Assembly (NCBI RefSeq): GCF_000150275.1
Contig: NW_002060953.1
Span: forward strand, 779,693-843,692
DNA length: 64,000 nucleotides
Direction: 5' to 3'
DNA from: Trichoplax adhaerens
Taxonomy: Eukaryota > Animalia > Placozoa
Position 1 is the first letter of the stretch; every line of letters starts with the position of its first letter. The notes under the pieces were generated by a model. It did not search any database and was not told the DNA's origin. It saw only the letters and a list, made by a program, of their open reading frames with translations. This document shows positions 13,521 to 26,234 of the stretch, piece by piece. Both the position numbers and the translations under genes were made by a program.

Positions 13521-16500
13521 TTAATCTATCTGCATAGCCGATGGCTTGTGATTTTTCATGTATCGCCTATAAAGAGGGTATTAAGCGGTAAGTAAATTAG
13601 AATAGAATTAGAAAACGCAGTATGCAGTAATTGTCATATTTGAGTAGCCAAGGATACTCACCTGTACATTTTGTATTTGTTACTGCTTGCGTTCTTGACC
13701 CTCATGTCTTCTTCCATTTCAGCCGTGAATGTCTGGATAGAGTAATAAAACTGCATCCTGAAGCTGCTTAAATATCAATATTGTAGTCCTAAATATTCAA
13801 ACCTTAAAATTTTCATCAATCCATAATTCTCTACTCTCAAAATTTGACTGCTTTTCTGCCGGTAAAGACTTAATCCATAGGATAACTTGGTTAATGATCA
13901 ACTTTATTACTGATAGAATTAGTAAGAATACGCTGTCTACTTACTTCCCATTTCGTTGCAGAAAGACCTAACTTTTTTCTAGTGAGGTAAATTCGTTCTT
14001 CTGGTCCGTAGGGTTCTTTATTGACGTTAAATTTCCAAAGCCAACGCAAGTACCAGAAGATGTATTGAACTATGTAGAGAGGACTATGAAAGCAATCAAT
14101 TTAGCACCAAAACAGATCAAATTGAATTTGTTACATGTATTAGGGTCATAATGGAAAGTAACATATGTATTTACCTAAAACAAAGCTGAAAAAATAAAAC
14201 ATCGAATACTGAAGGTTTTTTGTAGCCACCTCTATAGATAACGATTACCAATAAAAATTTAGTTTTTACATCATCTCTATCAATACAAACAGTCTCTAGA
14301 TATGCTCTCAAACAATACTATACGCCTGGCGACCTTATGTCTAAAGATTCTTCAAGGACTTGTCGTAAAATTTGCTCTTCTTCTGCTCTGATCTCTTCCT
14401 GACATGTGATTATTATCATTTAGAACTTTTATTATATAACTACGTTAGAGCAAAGTATTTATTAATAACACTTAATAAATCTATTTCTACGATCGCATAC
14501 ACTTTTTGTACACTACAGACGGCAAGTATACATGCAGAGATTAGGCAAAAATTACCTTCGACCTTTTGCCCTTTTTCTTTGAAGTATTCCATAGGCCCTT
14601 ACTTTTAGCTACTTCTATAGCCTAATACATCAGGGAAATATTTTTTTGCTGTTAAGACGTCGATGACAGAGAACTAAAGCTCTCTAGACAATATTACGCG
14701 ATCAATGTTCTTTACCTGATTTCTATATCTTTGATCTCTTAGCGCGTACTTGATGGCGTCATTATATCTATTTAGTCCTGCAAGATACTAAAGTATGCAT
14801 GTATCATTAGTATTGATTTGTCAGTAAACCCAAAAATTGTCCTTTATTGAAGAAGTGCCCATAGTTAGTTACCTGTATCAGTGAAACTACCGTAACTGTG
14901 ACCATAACCACAACTCTGATATCAACCTTGGGAGATACACGCTTCTTGTAGTATCGGTAGTAGTGACGATATACCAGGTCTTACAGTAAAATGATATGTA
15001 TTATTACTAGGCAAATTTAATATTGATGTAATAAAATATCATTCTTGCACGTATTTTTGGCAGCTTACTTATAGGTCATGACAATGGCTCTACTATGGTT
15101 ATCAACTATCTTTAATTATCTATCATTGCACAAACCTGGATTGTCAAGCATGTAATCATAGTTATTCCTTTCTTCGTCATCTTTTAATATCTGCAGAATA
15201 ATTTGCAATGAAATATCAGTCTCTCGCTATTTGAATTTTATTACCGAAGAAAGGATAGCCTAGGTTCGTGTAAACAATAAGTTATACCTCATAAGCTTTA
15301 GCGATGAGTCGAAACTTTTGTTCAGCGTCTTTACCCTTGAAATGGAAAATGGAAAATGAGCAGATAACCATGGTCCATGGATAGATTGTACAAAGAGTAG
15401 TCCATAGTAATCTAATTTATCTAACATTATATAAGTACTACTGGTAGTACTATTATGATTCTAATATTTTATTTGACATTATGCCTAGCCAGATTCAGTT
15501 TCTATCCATTTTAGTGGCATTTAGCATACTTTATTGACAGTTGTACACTATCAGTACGATTACCCATACGTTGGTATTGATTGCAGCAAAGCTTAATTTC
15601 ATACCAGCACAGCGTTAATTAGTACTGCACCTTATAAATATCAGGATGGTATTTCCGTGCCATACGTCGATACGCTCTTGCAATAGTTGCCTATCATAGA
15701 GGAACGAATTGCTATCAGATTGTGAACTGTAACGATCAAGCCTTAAACCAAGCAAACGGCCTACCTTGACATCACCCCGTTTGACTCCAAGAACTATATA
15801 TTAACAAATTAATTCAATCGATTAGGATATTCAATGTTTTAGTAAATGTATAACTAGGATAGTATCCACGATCTGCTTGACGTAAACCGTTCGTGGCTGG
15901 TTTTGACATGTCGAGCAATGCAAGTAGGGACTTGGTTTGCTTGCTTAAATTAATTAATCCATGCGTGGAAATGGTGTCTATTTATGGCAGAGATACGCGT
16001 GGTAGAGTATTCTACAAATACGGCGATATAACCTGTTCTAAACCTTCCCACAAGCATTTTAACATGTATAGTATAGTACCAAGCAATGCATGTAGGAAGT
16101 TACTTCGTATTAATTGCATGCAGTATGTATGGAAATAGCGCATTCTTTGTTTCGATGGTATTCTTGAATATGATTTATATATGACTTATGCTATTCTTTA
16201 CCATACTTTTGTATAACTAACATCAAATATCTGGCAATTATGGTTCAAGTGCTGTACACAGTAAGAACGGAGTTACAGCTCTCAACCGCAATCCAATATT
16301 CTATCATCTTTTCCATCCAATCTTGCAATACTTTTATCGAACTACAGTGTCTATCTATCATACTACTATCAATAGAAGGAAAGATAACTAACATCCAATA
16401 TCTGGCAATTACGGTTCAAGCGCTGTACACAGTATGACTAGAGTTGCAGCTCTCAACCGCAATCCAATATTCTATCATCCTTTCCATCCGATCTGGGAAT

Positions 16501-17157
16501 ACTTTCATCGAACTACAGTATCTATCGATCATGCTACTATCAATAGGAAGAAAGATAACTAACATCCAATATCTGGCCATTATGGTTTAAGTGTTGTACA
16601 CAGTATGAACGGAGTTACAGCTCTCAACCGCAATCCAATATTCATTCTATTATCCTTTCCATCCGATCATGCAATATTTTCATCGAACTACAATTTCTAT
16701 GTATCTATCGATCATGCTCCTATCAATAGGAGGAATGATAACTAACGTCCAATATCTGGCAATTGTGGTTCAAGTGCTGTACACAGTATGACAAAGACTG
16801 GAGTTCTAGGTCTCAACTGCAATCCCATACTCCATCATCCTTTCCATTCGATCTTGCAATACCTTTATTGAAGTACAGTATCTATCGATCATGCTATTAT
16901 CACTAGGAGGAAAGATTGCAGATCAAGTAGTTTCAGCAGACAGATACATAGAAGTATGATCGCAAGATACCGTTTGGATTAGGCTGGATATTCAAGAAGA
17001 AGAATTTCTCAAGAATCAACTTACCGTCGTAGCAATTTTGCGAGCCGCAATATAAATCTTCTACTAAAGCGTCAACGGTCATGGGTAAGAAGGCAAGTGT
17101 TCCAACCACGATTATGCCTATCAGCCACTGTTTTGTCCATCCATTAGACGCCATCAT
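13521..17157 (-). CDS. DNAJC25: DnaJ homolog subfamily C member 25; 14 exons
   Basis: Spliced product has a signal/TM segment, then LYCGSQNCYDVLGV, a J-domain (IARAYRRMARKYHPD...FRLIAKAYEILKDDEERNNYDYMLDNP), YRHYYRYYKKRVSPKVDIRVV, GGYKKPSVFDVL, and a C-terminal YRRYMKN...ID*. These match DNAJC25 motifs, and all junctions are GT-AG and in frame. Confidence 0.93.
16213..16915. repeat. Intronic minisatellite, 171-183-bp unit, 4 copies (DNAJC25 intron 1)
   Basis: ataactaacatccaatatctggcaatta.ggttcaag.gctgtacacagta... starts at 16213, 16384, 16555 and 16738. Confidence 0.95.
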
Positions 17158-17629
17158 CTTTATTCATGTACAGTATATTAATGGACTACAAATATGTAGG
17201 AAAGATATTCAGTTAGAAGACAGCAATTTTCCGATCGGCAGACCTCAGCAGCTTTGGCAGGTCTTGCACCTTGGTGCAGTGTGTCACTTCACTCACTTGC
17301 AACCAATCCAATTTGACTTCAATTGAAAGTTGACATCCAGAACCCAGTGGTCCAGTAAGTGAAGTAACAGTCCATAGTCCATGCACTTGATGACGGTGTC
17401 ATATCACCCATGACCACGTACTCGTCAGAGTGACATTATTTCTGCTCGCGGCTGATACCGTGTGGTATTCCACTGCTTATAAGTGTCGGATGGACTAGAA
17501 GAGACTGGCACGTCAGAGTGACATCATTTCTGCTAGCACTTTATGATCTATCGTATTGCATTGAAGAATACTGTTTGCCATGATGGATGGTCATAGGACA
17601 TAACCATAGTTTTAGACAGTGACGCCTTA

Positions 17630-17890
17630 TTACAGTACAGTACTGGACGTCTCAGATCTCGACAGTATTCTTCTACTGTACTGTACGTTGCAAAAATCAT
17701 GTCACTACTTACAGTATAGTACGATATTATTTCCATACCTAAGATCAATTTTTGTTACTAGTACAGTAGTACTATCAAAAAACGAAGACTCTTTCGTACT
17801 GTACACTACAGTGTACAGTACTGTACAGTACTGTAATTCGAACTGCTTCATACTGTACTGTACAGTACAGTACATAGTAGAAGAATACTG
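17630..17890. repeat. (TACAG)n/(CTGTA)n low-complexity cluster with perfect palindromes
   Basis: gtactgtacact-ac-agtgtacagtac (17796-17821) and tactgtactgtacagtacagta (17851-17872) are perfect inverted repeats. Confidence 0.85.
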
Positions 17891-18207
17891 TACGTTTTAC
17901 CTGGACTGGAATTCCTTGGACGGACAGACATTGGCCAACTTTGGCCGACAAATGGTGTCCAACACTTCATGATGACAGTACTTGAACTAAAGTATGCAGA
18001 TGGCCGATTCGTAATTGACTGATTTTTTCTAAATGAAGTGATATGACATTGTTATTCTATCGCCTGTTACTAAGTTCTGCTTGGAAGCAGTAGCTTCAGA
18101 TCATCAATATGACTCAAATGGATACGAATGATCTAGAAAACAGACACGGAAGATCCATACTGAAGAATGAATTCTTTTTCCATGTTTTCGGCCGCATTGA
18201 CTATCAA

Positions 18208-18707
18208 GAGTCCATCCATCCGAGTCCAACTCTACACTATTGCCAGTGGGATACCGTAGTTCCAGTAGTCCATCCGTCCATGGTACCGGACATAAGCTTT
18301 CTGTCGGCGTGGAACACCGACTACTGGACGTACAGTACAGTACTGTATAGTAAGCCAAATACAGTACAAGAGTCCATCCATCCGAGTCCAACTCGATACT
18401 ATTGCCAGTGGCCTACCGTAGTTCCAGTAGTCCGTCCGTCCATGGTACCGGACATAAGCTTTGTGTCGGTGTGGAACAACGACTACTGGACGTACAGTAC
18501 AGTACTGTACATTGTACAACACAGTATAGTAAGTCAGATAGAGTACATGAGTCCATCCATCCGAGCCCAACTCGATACTATTGCCAGTGGCCTACCGTAT
18601 TTCCAGCCGTCCACCCGTCCATTTCACCGGACATAAGCTTTCTGTCGGTGTGGAACACCGACTGCCGGACGTACAGTACAGTATAGTAAGTCAGATACAT
18701 TACAGTA
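18208..18707. repeat. Relatively GC-rich minisatellite, 162-179-bp unit, 3 copies, directly upstream of MED16
   Basis: gagtccatccatccgag(t/c)ccaactc...tattgccagtgg...accggacataagcttt.tgtcgg.gtggaaca.cgact..cggacgtacagtacagta starts at 18208, 18370 and 18549. Confidence 0.95.
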
Positions 18708-18814
18708 CTTCTGTAAAGTACAGGACACTAGACGTATTACAAGACCAACTCTCTCTGAGGAGGACACACAAAGAATTCCAGTGCAAGCGGCAAAAGCGTT
18801 TCTCCGATATAGCA

Positions 18815-21800
18815 ATGGAAGTCAACGTATCATGTTATTGTATATGGCCAGAGGAAAAGGAAAATGGACTTACTAATGGTATCCATACCAGAAGTAACTG
18901 CCTAGCTCGTCATACAGTGTCTAGTGGCTGGTCCAATCGTAATTTATTAGCCTTTTCTGCTTCCAGCAAGTCCAAGTTGGAAGATTCAATCAATTCCGAG
19001 TGAGTCAATCGTCTTCATTCCTTCCTTTTCAGCCAAGTTATTCATAGGCTTTCTATGAAAGTAGAAGGAATGGAGACCATCGAATCTTTTCATATTTGCT
19101 GATGTGCTATTTTAATGCTGCTAGCTAAGTGGTGTTGTATTGAAAGTACATTAGATTCAAATCAGCTTTGCAAGTATACAATAACAACGGTGCTATGGAA
19201 GACAGTACAGTCATTGCAAATCATCTTCTTGGCATGCTGTCTCCATGGTTATCTAGTGCCTTGCAATGTGGAATCATGATGTGCATGATAGCACAGCATG
19301 ACTAGCGATAAAATCAGTGTATTTTCATGGTGATATCGATCTCTTTAGTCTGGTATAGCATACCTCATGTTGGTTGGGATAGAGCTAAAGCTATAGCTTT
19401 ATACGCCTAATTGAGGTATATTGTAAAACCGACTCTAGAAGGTAAAACAACAACGTCATGCTGCCTATAGTGCACCTGATGAACACGTAACAGGATAATA
19501 TCTACTTTTTCCAGTCTGACTACAGTTTAACTAAACGCCTGTCGTCATTTGGAAATTTGTTCCTGATATACTGTACTGTATATACAGTAGTGCAAAAATC
19601 GGTCTATTCTTCCACTTATTGGCTGGATTATGGTCGTAGATAAACTTACCGTAGGATTAGAACTTAAATTTTGATCTGTTATTCTACCAGATATTTTAGT
19701 TGGTCATAGGAATGCTAAGGTTTAGGTACAACTACATCATCCGGTGCAATCGATAATATCATACAGGATGGAATTAGTCATTATCAAAGCCATTAGTATT
19801 GGAAACTTTGCAATTGCATATTAACATTGAAGATGCTATAGTCGTCTCAATTCGACAATTTTATCAACTCCCTAATTTTAGTCTTCCCGCATCCTTTTCA
19901 ATTCATTTGGTTAACCTGGAGGAACCTTGGCGAAATCATAGGTATAGATGCGGTACTTAGTGATGACTAGTTGCTGATTGATATTATTTACTTATTAAAC
20001 TAGAGGCAGTATCACATCGAATATACTCTACTATATGCGTTAAACTTGAATTAAATTGAATGCCATAAGTTAAATTTGTAGTCATTGACCTTTTTCAATC
20101 ATTTCTTCATTTCCCAATATACTACATGGGTCATTGCTTTCACTTGGCTTGATCTATGCGAATGAATAGCAACGTCTATTTTTTTCTATCTTTGATAGCT
20201 TTGTTTCTGAACATGTATCGGAGATAATTCAACTTGCCTGGGATTCTCATGGTACTCGATTATTATCTGCTGATAGCAATGGAATAATTAAAACTTGGCA
20301 AATGCAAGTAAGGAAACGGATGAATAGTTTTTACAAGTATTAGTATTATTGGAAACCTTGTGATCCTGTGATAAAAGTGCTTGTAGAAGTGAACTATTAA
20401 TTATGAAGAAACGTCTTCCTTTACTGACAGATATTGATTAATATCATATATGTTATACCAAATGGCTTAGGATAACTTTATAAATCAGTGGAAATGTACT
20501 TCCTCTAATGATCTTGGAGAAGGTGAACATGTACGAGCTGTTCGCTGGTTAGATACCTCAGCTAAGGTAATACTAATAATTTTATCAGCAATATCATTAA
20601 ACACATCCAGGTAGCGGCTACGGTCTATGATTTTTGCCTTATGCCGGTGTTATACAGTACGCCCCCACCCGTATGATGTTAAATCTAATCGCTTATTATC
20701 GTTCATTGATGATGTAGGAGCATTACATTGATAGCAAGTGTAAAGATAAAGAATCCTTTTTTGAGAAATTTCCGTATGCAGTTAAGAAGACTCCATTCGT
20801 CCGATATGGAGGTCGTCCAACGCAAGCCTGGATTGCAATTACTGCAACTGGAATGGTAAAAAATGTTTTTTTTCTTAAATATAATTTTCTTGAATCCTTC
20901 TTTTTCTATTCAATTGTTTTACAGTAGTAATCGATACTGTCGTTGCTATAAGTTTTGCATGGCTGGCCGTATTTGCATCGATTCATCCTAAAAATGATTT
21001 AATTGTGACCTAACAAATTTACTAGATTTACGTCACAGTGCTTGATCCAGTTACTAGAGGTAAACTCCGACTAGATTTACCTAGTGGCTATCGTCTTTGT
21101 ATTAGCAGTGCTGATGTAACGTATAATTATCAGGGTAAGTTTAATTCTAGAATGTTATATTGTAGAGACACTATTTACTACTAAAACGGTGATACTATAA
21201 ACGCAACGATTTATTTGTCCAATTTACCAAATGTTGCTATCGTGAATTTATCATACTACAGATTCTACATTCCTTGCTGCAACCAGCAGTGGTCGTAAGG
21301 GCGATCCAGTGCAAATATTTTGTATAAAAGCTCAGTTAGACTCAGACAATCCGGATAATATCCTTTTATTTCGATGCTATTACTTTTAATTAATCCATTT
21401 TAAATACGAAGCCGTATCATATATTGCAGAACTATGTTGGTGATAATGCGTTACTTAAATATATATTTCCTTAATCACTACTTACGGCCTATTCAGTTGA
21501 GTGCAGAATTAAAAGCTTGTATCAATACTGATTCTGATGAAGAAAGAAATGCAATCCCAAAAGGTTGACGGTTTATAAGAAATTTTTTCATTGCTCTTAC
21601 TTTCTTACGTATGCAGTGATTATATAACGAACTATTCAATGGTTGCATTTATAATTTTTAAATTTGGTACTACAGATTCTTTCGTAGACCAAGTCAGATT
21701 TCTACCGCAAGATGCAAAATCAGCGCCTGCTCTACTGGTTTTATCATCAGGCTATTCGCAAAGTACCATACAGTTATTTACCTTAACTACGGAACCAGTA

Positions 21801-24444
21801 TTAATCCACAGCGCATTTAATAACCCTAACCTTGCTGAACGTGATATTCCAGTCGAGGAGGTAAAAATACTTTCATTTGTTATGTACTAAATTTAAATTT
21901 CCAAGAGTGGTAGGTGATACGGTAAAACATTTTTATCTCAACAAGATCTGGTCCTGCGCTGCTATATATCCTTGCGGTGAAAAAGTTAGCTGCTTTTCAT
22001 TTTCTACATTTCCAATTGCTCCCTCATCCGGTGACGCAGATTATAGTAAGAACGCTAACTCGCATATAATGTTGGCTTGTCAGAAAGGAAACTTGATTTT
22101 ACTGAATCGGTGCGTTAGAAAATTTCTAGTATTTATTTCGTCTTTTCATGTGCTCTGATTGTATGTGTCATTGTTTCCTGTATAAATTCAATAGAAGCTC
22201 TTTAAGTATTGCAGCGTGTTGTAATACCCCATTTGGAGCTGTTGATGATCCTTTGGATTGGGCATTCGGTAGTTTATTAGAATTCCTTAATTATAATCAT
22301 TTTCACAAAGAGCTTGTAGTTGCTAAACGAGAAGGCTATTTTAATGTATCGTTTGTGTCATGTGTTCTATTGTAGGATCTGACCGAACTGTAAAAAGTAT
22401 CAGTTTCTCTCCCTGTGGTTTGTGTACTGCTGTAATAAATGGTAGAGGAGACGTTGCAATTTGCAGAATTCGCTTGTCGTCTTCGTTTGACAATTCAGGT
22501 AAGATACGTTAGCGTAACTGCATTTACTTAATCCTTAAAGGTATTAATAACTTTAAAATTTGTATACTTATAGGTAGTGAATGCTTTAGCTGCTATGTCA
22601 CATTGTTAGAATACTGTCTTACTACTGGTATAGAGTATTGGGATATCTTACATTCTATTTCTGCAACCTTTGGTCCTAGCATTGGTAAGTATTATCCTAG
22701 CGTTTGTTAAGGATTCGTGTTATCTCTTCATTAATATTGGTTCCCTTCATAGATGTAGTATCCAAAATGATAGCTTATATCAAGAATGATCTTTCTAAGC
22801 AAGCTCAGCCACTTCGAGAATCACTTCAGTTGCGTTTTGCAGTAATGTGTGCAGCACTATACCGGTAAGTTTAGAACCGACGCCTGGTACTGATTATTTG
22901 TAGTTAATTAAGCCTGTACATATTTTTGATTACTATCTGTATACATCTAGCTATGGATCGGATGAACATGGCCGTTTCGTCGATCAACGATGTCGTATAA
23001 TTTTATACTGTATATGCAAATTTTTACACTTCGAAATACTGCATAAGTACCAGTCTAAGAATACTGAAAGTAACCCTATCTTAAAACTAGAAGGTGTGTT
23101 CAGAAAATTTTACAAGAAATGATGATATATTTATACTTGAATATGACTTACTAATACATTGAAATAACATTACTATGTTTAGACGCTTGCAACAGTGACA
23201 CTGATGGAAATTTAGCAGCTACAGTGTCACGATTAGAAGCTACCGAATATGTACTTAATCCTGGTATGGCTTACATATTGCACAGTTGCTGGAATAGATA
23301 AGATTAATAAAATTTCTCTTCGCTTCCACAGGCGTTATCCATCACGTCCGAGCAATGATTGATTGGATTGGAAACTACGCTTTATTATTAGCTGCTACCG
23401 TATCCGCACGGGAAATTATACAGGAGGTTAGCAAAAATGCTCTCAACATATATCATAATTTTCTACGCCATTGCTCAGTATAAAATCGTTCGATGTCACC
23501 GTAGGCTTATGGAGTAACAGACATGGAAGTCGTGCGCAACTTGCGCATGTTGCTATTACTAGTAAGTACCTGGGGACAGGGGAATGCGGCCTTTTATCCA
23601 CGATTTTATCCTCAATCAGGTATAGAATAATTTTTAAATAAATGTTATATCTATTAGTCATTTATTCTTGAAGTGATAACTCTTAATAACTATTTGTATA
23701 ATAGATCCGGTGCCAAGTTTATCTACAATTTATCGAATATTAACCAAAGTCTGGATGTGTTACAAGAATGATAACAAGTTGGATAGTATCATCCAATATT
23801 TATCAGGTAAAGACTATCGTGTGAGTAATTTCATTTTTCTTATATAAATTGCGCATGTAACTAACTTTATATAACTATAATATCAACGTTATTGACAACG
23901 TAGATAAGGATCAACTGCCATCATTGCAGTCACTTATGGACACTAGAGGAGCTTTCTTATGTATTTGTAAGTGATTAATGACATCGATTATATGGTCATA
24001 CTTCGCGTAAGTTAGTTGACCTACTGTAAATAATTTTGCAGCTGATAGGTTACTTTTGGGTCCAAATATCGCTTTCTTCCGTTTTGGAGAAAATCCATCC
24101 ACTGAACCTAACATGCGCTATGATGTTATCAGATTGATGGCAATCAATCCATTTTATAACGAGAACTTAAGGCAGTGTGTCAGGTATGCAAAAATAATCT
24201 ATATACTTCTGACGTTATTGCAATATCCATCTCCTTACTTTATTTATGTTTTTCTTTATTAAATTTGAATTAAAGATACGGTAAATAACGTAATTCAATT
24301 TATATGGATATGAATGTTGGATTATAATTTAGGTGCGGTGGCTTAAGCATGATAACTATGAATTCTTCCATTGACGATAACTACAATTGGAATAGTAGAT
24401 GGATTGCGAAGTGTATTTGTGGTGGATCATGGTTTAAGTTATAG
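18815..24444 (+). CDS. MED16: Mediator of RNA polymerase II transcription subunit 16; multi-exon, includes one U12 intron
   Basis: N-terminus SGWSNRNLLAFS...IHLVNLEEPW...SEHVSEIIQLAWDSHGTRLLSADSNGIIKTWQM. Middle LLEYCLTTGIEYWDILHS. C-terminal zinc module LRQCVRCGG...WNSRWIAKCICGGSWFKL*. All resemble MED16. Confidence 0.92.
21358..21485 (+). other. U12-type (minor spliceosome) AT-AC intron in MED16, 128 nt
   Basis: 5' site ATATCCTTTT (21358-21367), branch site TTTCCTTAAT (21466-21475), 3' AC (21484-21485). Excision joins ...AAT CCG GAT A|GG CCT ATT CAG (NPDRPIQ) and keeps frame with both flanking exons. Confidence 0.92.
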
Positions 24445-26234
24445 CACCATTATCTGCTGGTGTTTATCTGCGAATTAGAAAATTATTGTATCAGATTATT
24501 ATCCGATACCTATACTGTTAATTATAATATATTTACTTTAAAAAGTAGGTACATGCTGGAGGTGTTATAAAACTTTATAGCCATTGAAAATTTTACGGCA
24601 CTGATGCTCAATGACTTGAAATTTAAGCTTTAGTATGTTACACAGCTTAACTTTCAATTTTTGTAACTCAAACTTTAAGCTGTAACAACTTAAATTACTT
24701 TTCGAATGTTGATATATTTGACCTATTGAAGAAATAGCGTTGTAAATATAACATTATTATAAGATACGGTTAGTATAATTTCCAAATTGTCCAATGCGAT
24801 AAAAGTACAGCTATATAACAGTAAATCTTTAGAGAATTCTTGACTGTAACACTGCACCTTACATCTAATTGTAAAGTTCACAGTACATGTGTTAATGATG
24901 TGCGTTACCTTTAGGTAGATGATTATGTAAAATAAGAAAAAGTACAACACCCGAAAGAAACATCTACTAATAATTACAATATACTGTCTAAGTGCATTCA
25001 AAATTAATTTGTAGTGGTGCTTGGAAATAGCTTGGTATGAACGTGTATGATGCTTGCATGCAAAGCAGCTGAGGCATCGCGATAGTTGTTGTCAAATTAT
25101 ACTGTATGTAAGACATTTGATAAATTAATCCTAATGTAATGATTTGTAAAATGTTTTTGTTAACTATATTGTTTCATTATTTATTTTCATTTCATCTATT
25201 AGTGTTCTAACTTGACTGTCCAATTCTGCGATTACTTGTACACCTTGTCAAGGAATAATTATTGTGACAAAATATTTTGTAAGCTAAATATAATTATCAT
25301 TGTATTACATTAATAAAATGAACTCATAGTGGTCTATGTCACCGTCATAACACCTAAATCAGTTTCTATGGGTGGACAGAGTAGGTATATAAAATGGAAT
25401 AAGAAGAGCAGACATCGCCAGAAGCTTGTTGTAGTTCCTAAATTCCGTACAATGCACTAGTAGGCGAGTACAAGGTAATGTCATTTGGAATGGAAAATCT
25501 GGACATACTATCCATCGTAATCACTACGAAACTTACCTCATTTTCTCTCATTTTGACCGTACAACCTAACATCAGATACTTTAAGCCTAGATGAAACTCT
25601 AAGTAAATCAAGAAGCTGCTACAACTATAGAGCATCTCTAAGCGAATTATTACCAATACGGCATTGTATTAGTAATTAATATTGGACATGGATGGTTGTT
25701 ATATGTACATTACAATTCATTTTTGGGAAAATTATATAAACTCCTTCTACACCATAGCTAGTACTTCAGTAAGGAAATTTTATTGGAATTTACGAGGATC
25801 ATATTTTTAACATTCGTTTCCTTTAAATATTAGGTACTATATCATTATTATTTATTTAAATTGTATGCAGTGATTGAGTTGCTAATGTTCACGGAGTATA
25901 AAAATATAATACATATGGAATAGGCGTGAGCACTTTGCAGTATAAAGGATCTCTTATAGCGCAAGGTACTTGCTTAAGTATCGGCCATGATCTTGGGTCG
26001 CAGTATGAGATCTCTCATCAGTTACAGTCTTCATCGTGTCTCTCCATAAAATGGTAATATACAATTGAGTATAAACAGCCAATCTAGTGTAAACACTAGA
26101 GTCCGTAGTCCAGATTCCAAAGCACGCTCAAGTAGCCAATGCAATATAAGTTGCAAAGAATTATTCTTCCATACAGGTTTCAAGTTTGAGTTGGGAAAAG
26201 TGAATAGTGAAGTTTAATCTTCTTCAACTCAAGA

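Larger units (their letters stand above)
17158..18814. promoter_or_regulatory. Divergent (bidirectional) promoter region between DNAJC25 and MED16, filled with repeats
   Basis: Head-to-head ATGs at 17157 (-) and 18815 (+). Contains a 24-bp direct repeat (17423/17511), a TACAG/CTGTA palindrome cluster and a 3-copy minisatellite. Confidence 0.6.

Noticed and set aside
13649-13657. Minus-strand GTATCCTT resembling a U12 donor in DNAJC25
   Set aside because: It lies 4 nt inside an ordinary AG|GTGAGT donor that already gives the in-frame YRRYMKN terminus.
18208-18707. CRISPR-like or mobile-element reading of the repeat array
   Set aside because: Whole units repeat with no unique spacers; eukaryotic context; no cas, transposase or RT ORF.
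17548-18815. Cluster of overlapping ORFs on both strands (up to 175 aa)
   Set aside because: They are translations of the minisatellite and TACAG repeats. Only the part of 18581..19003 from 18815 onward is real (MED16 exon 1).
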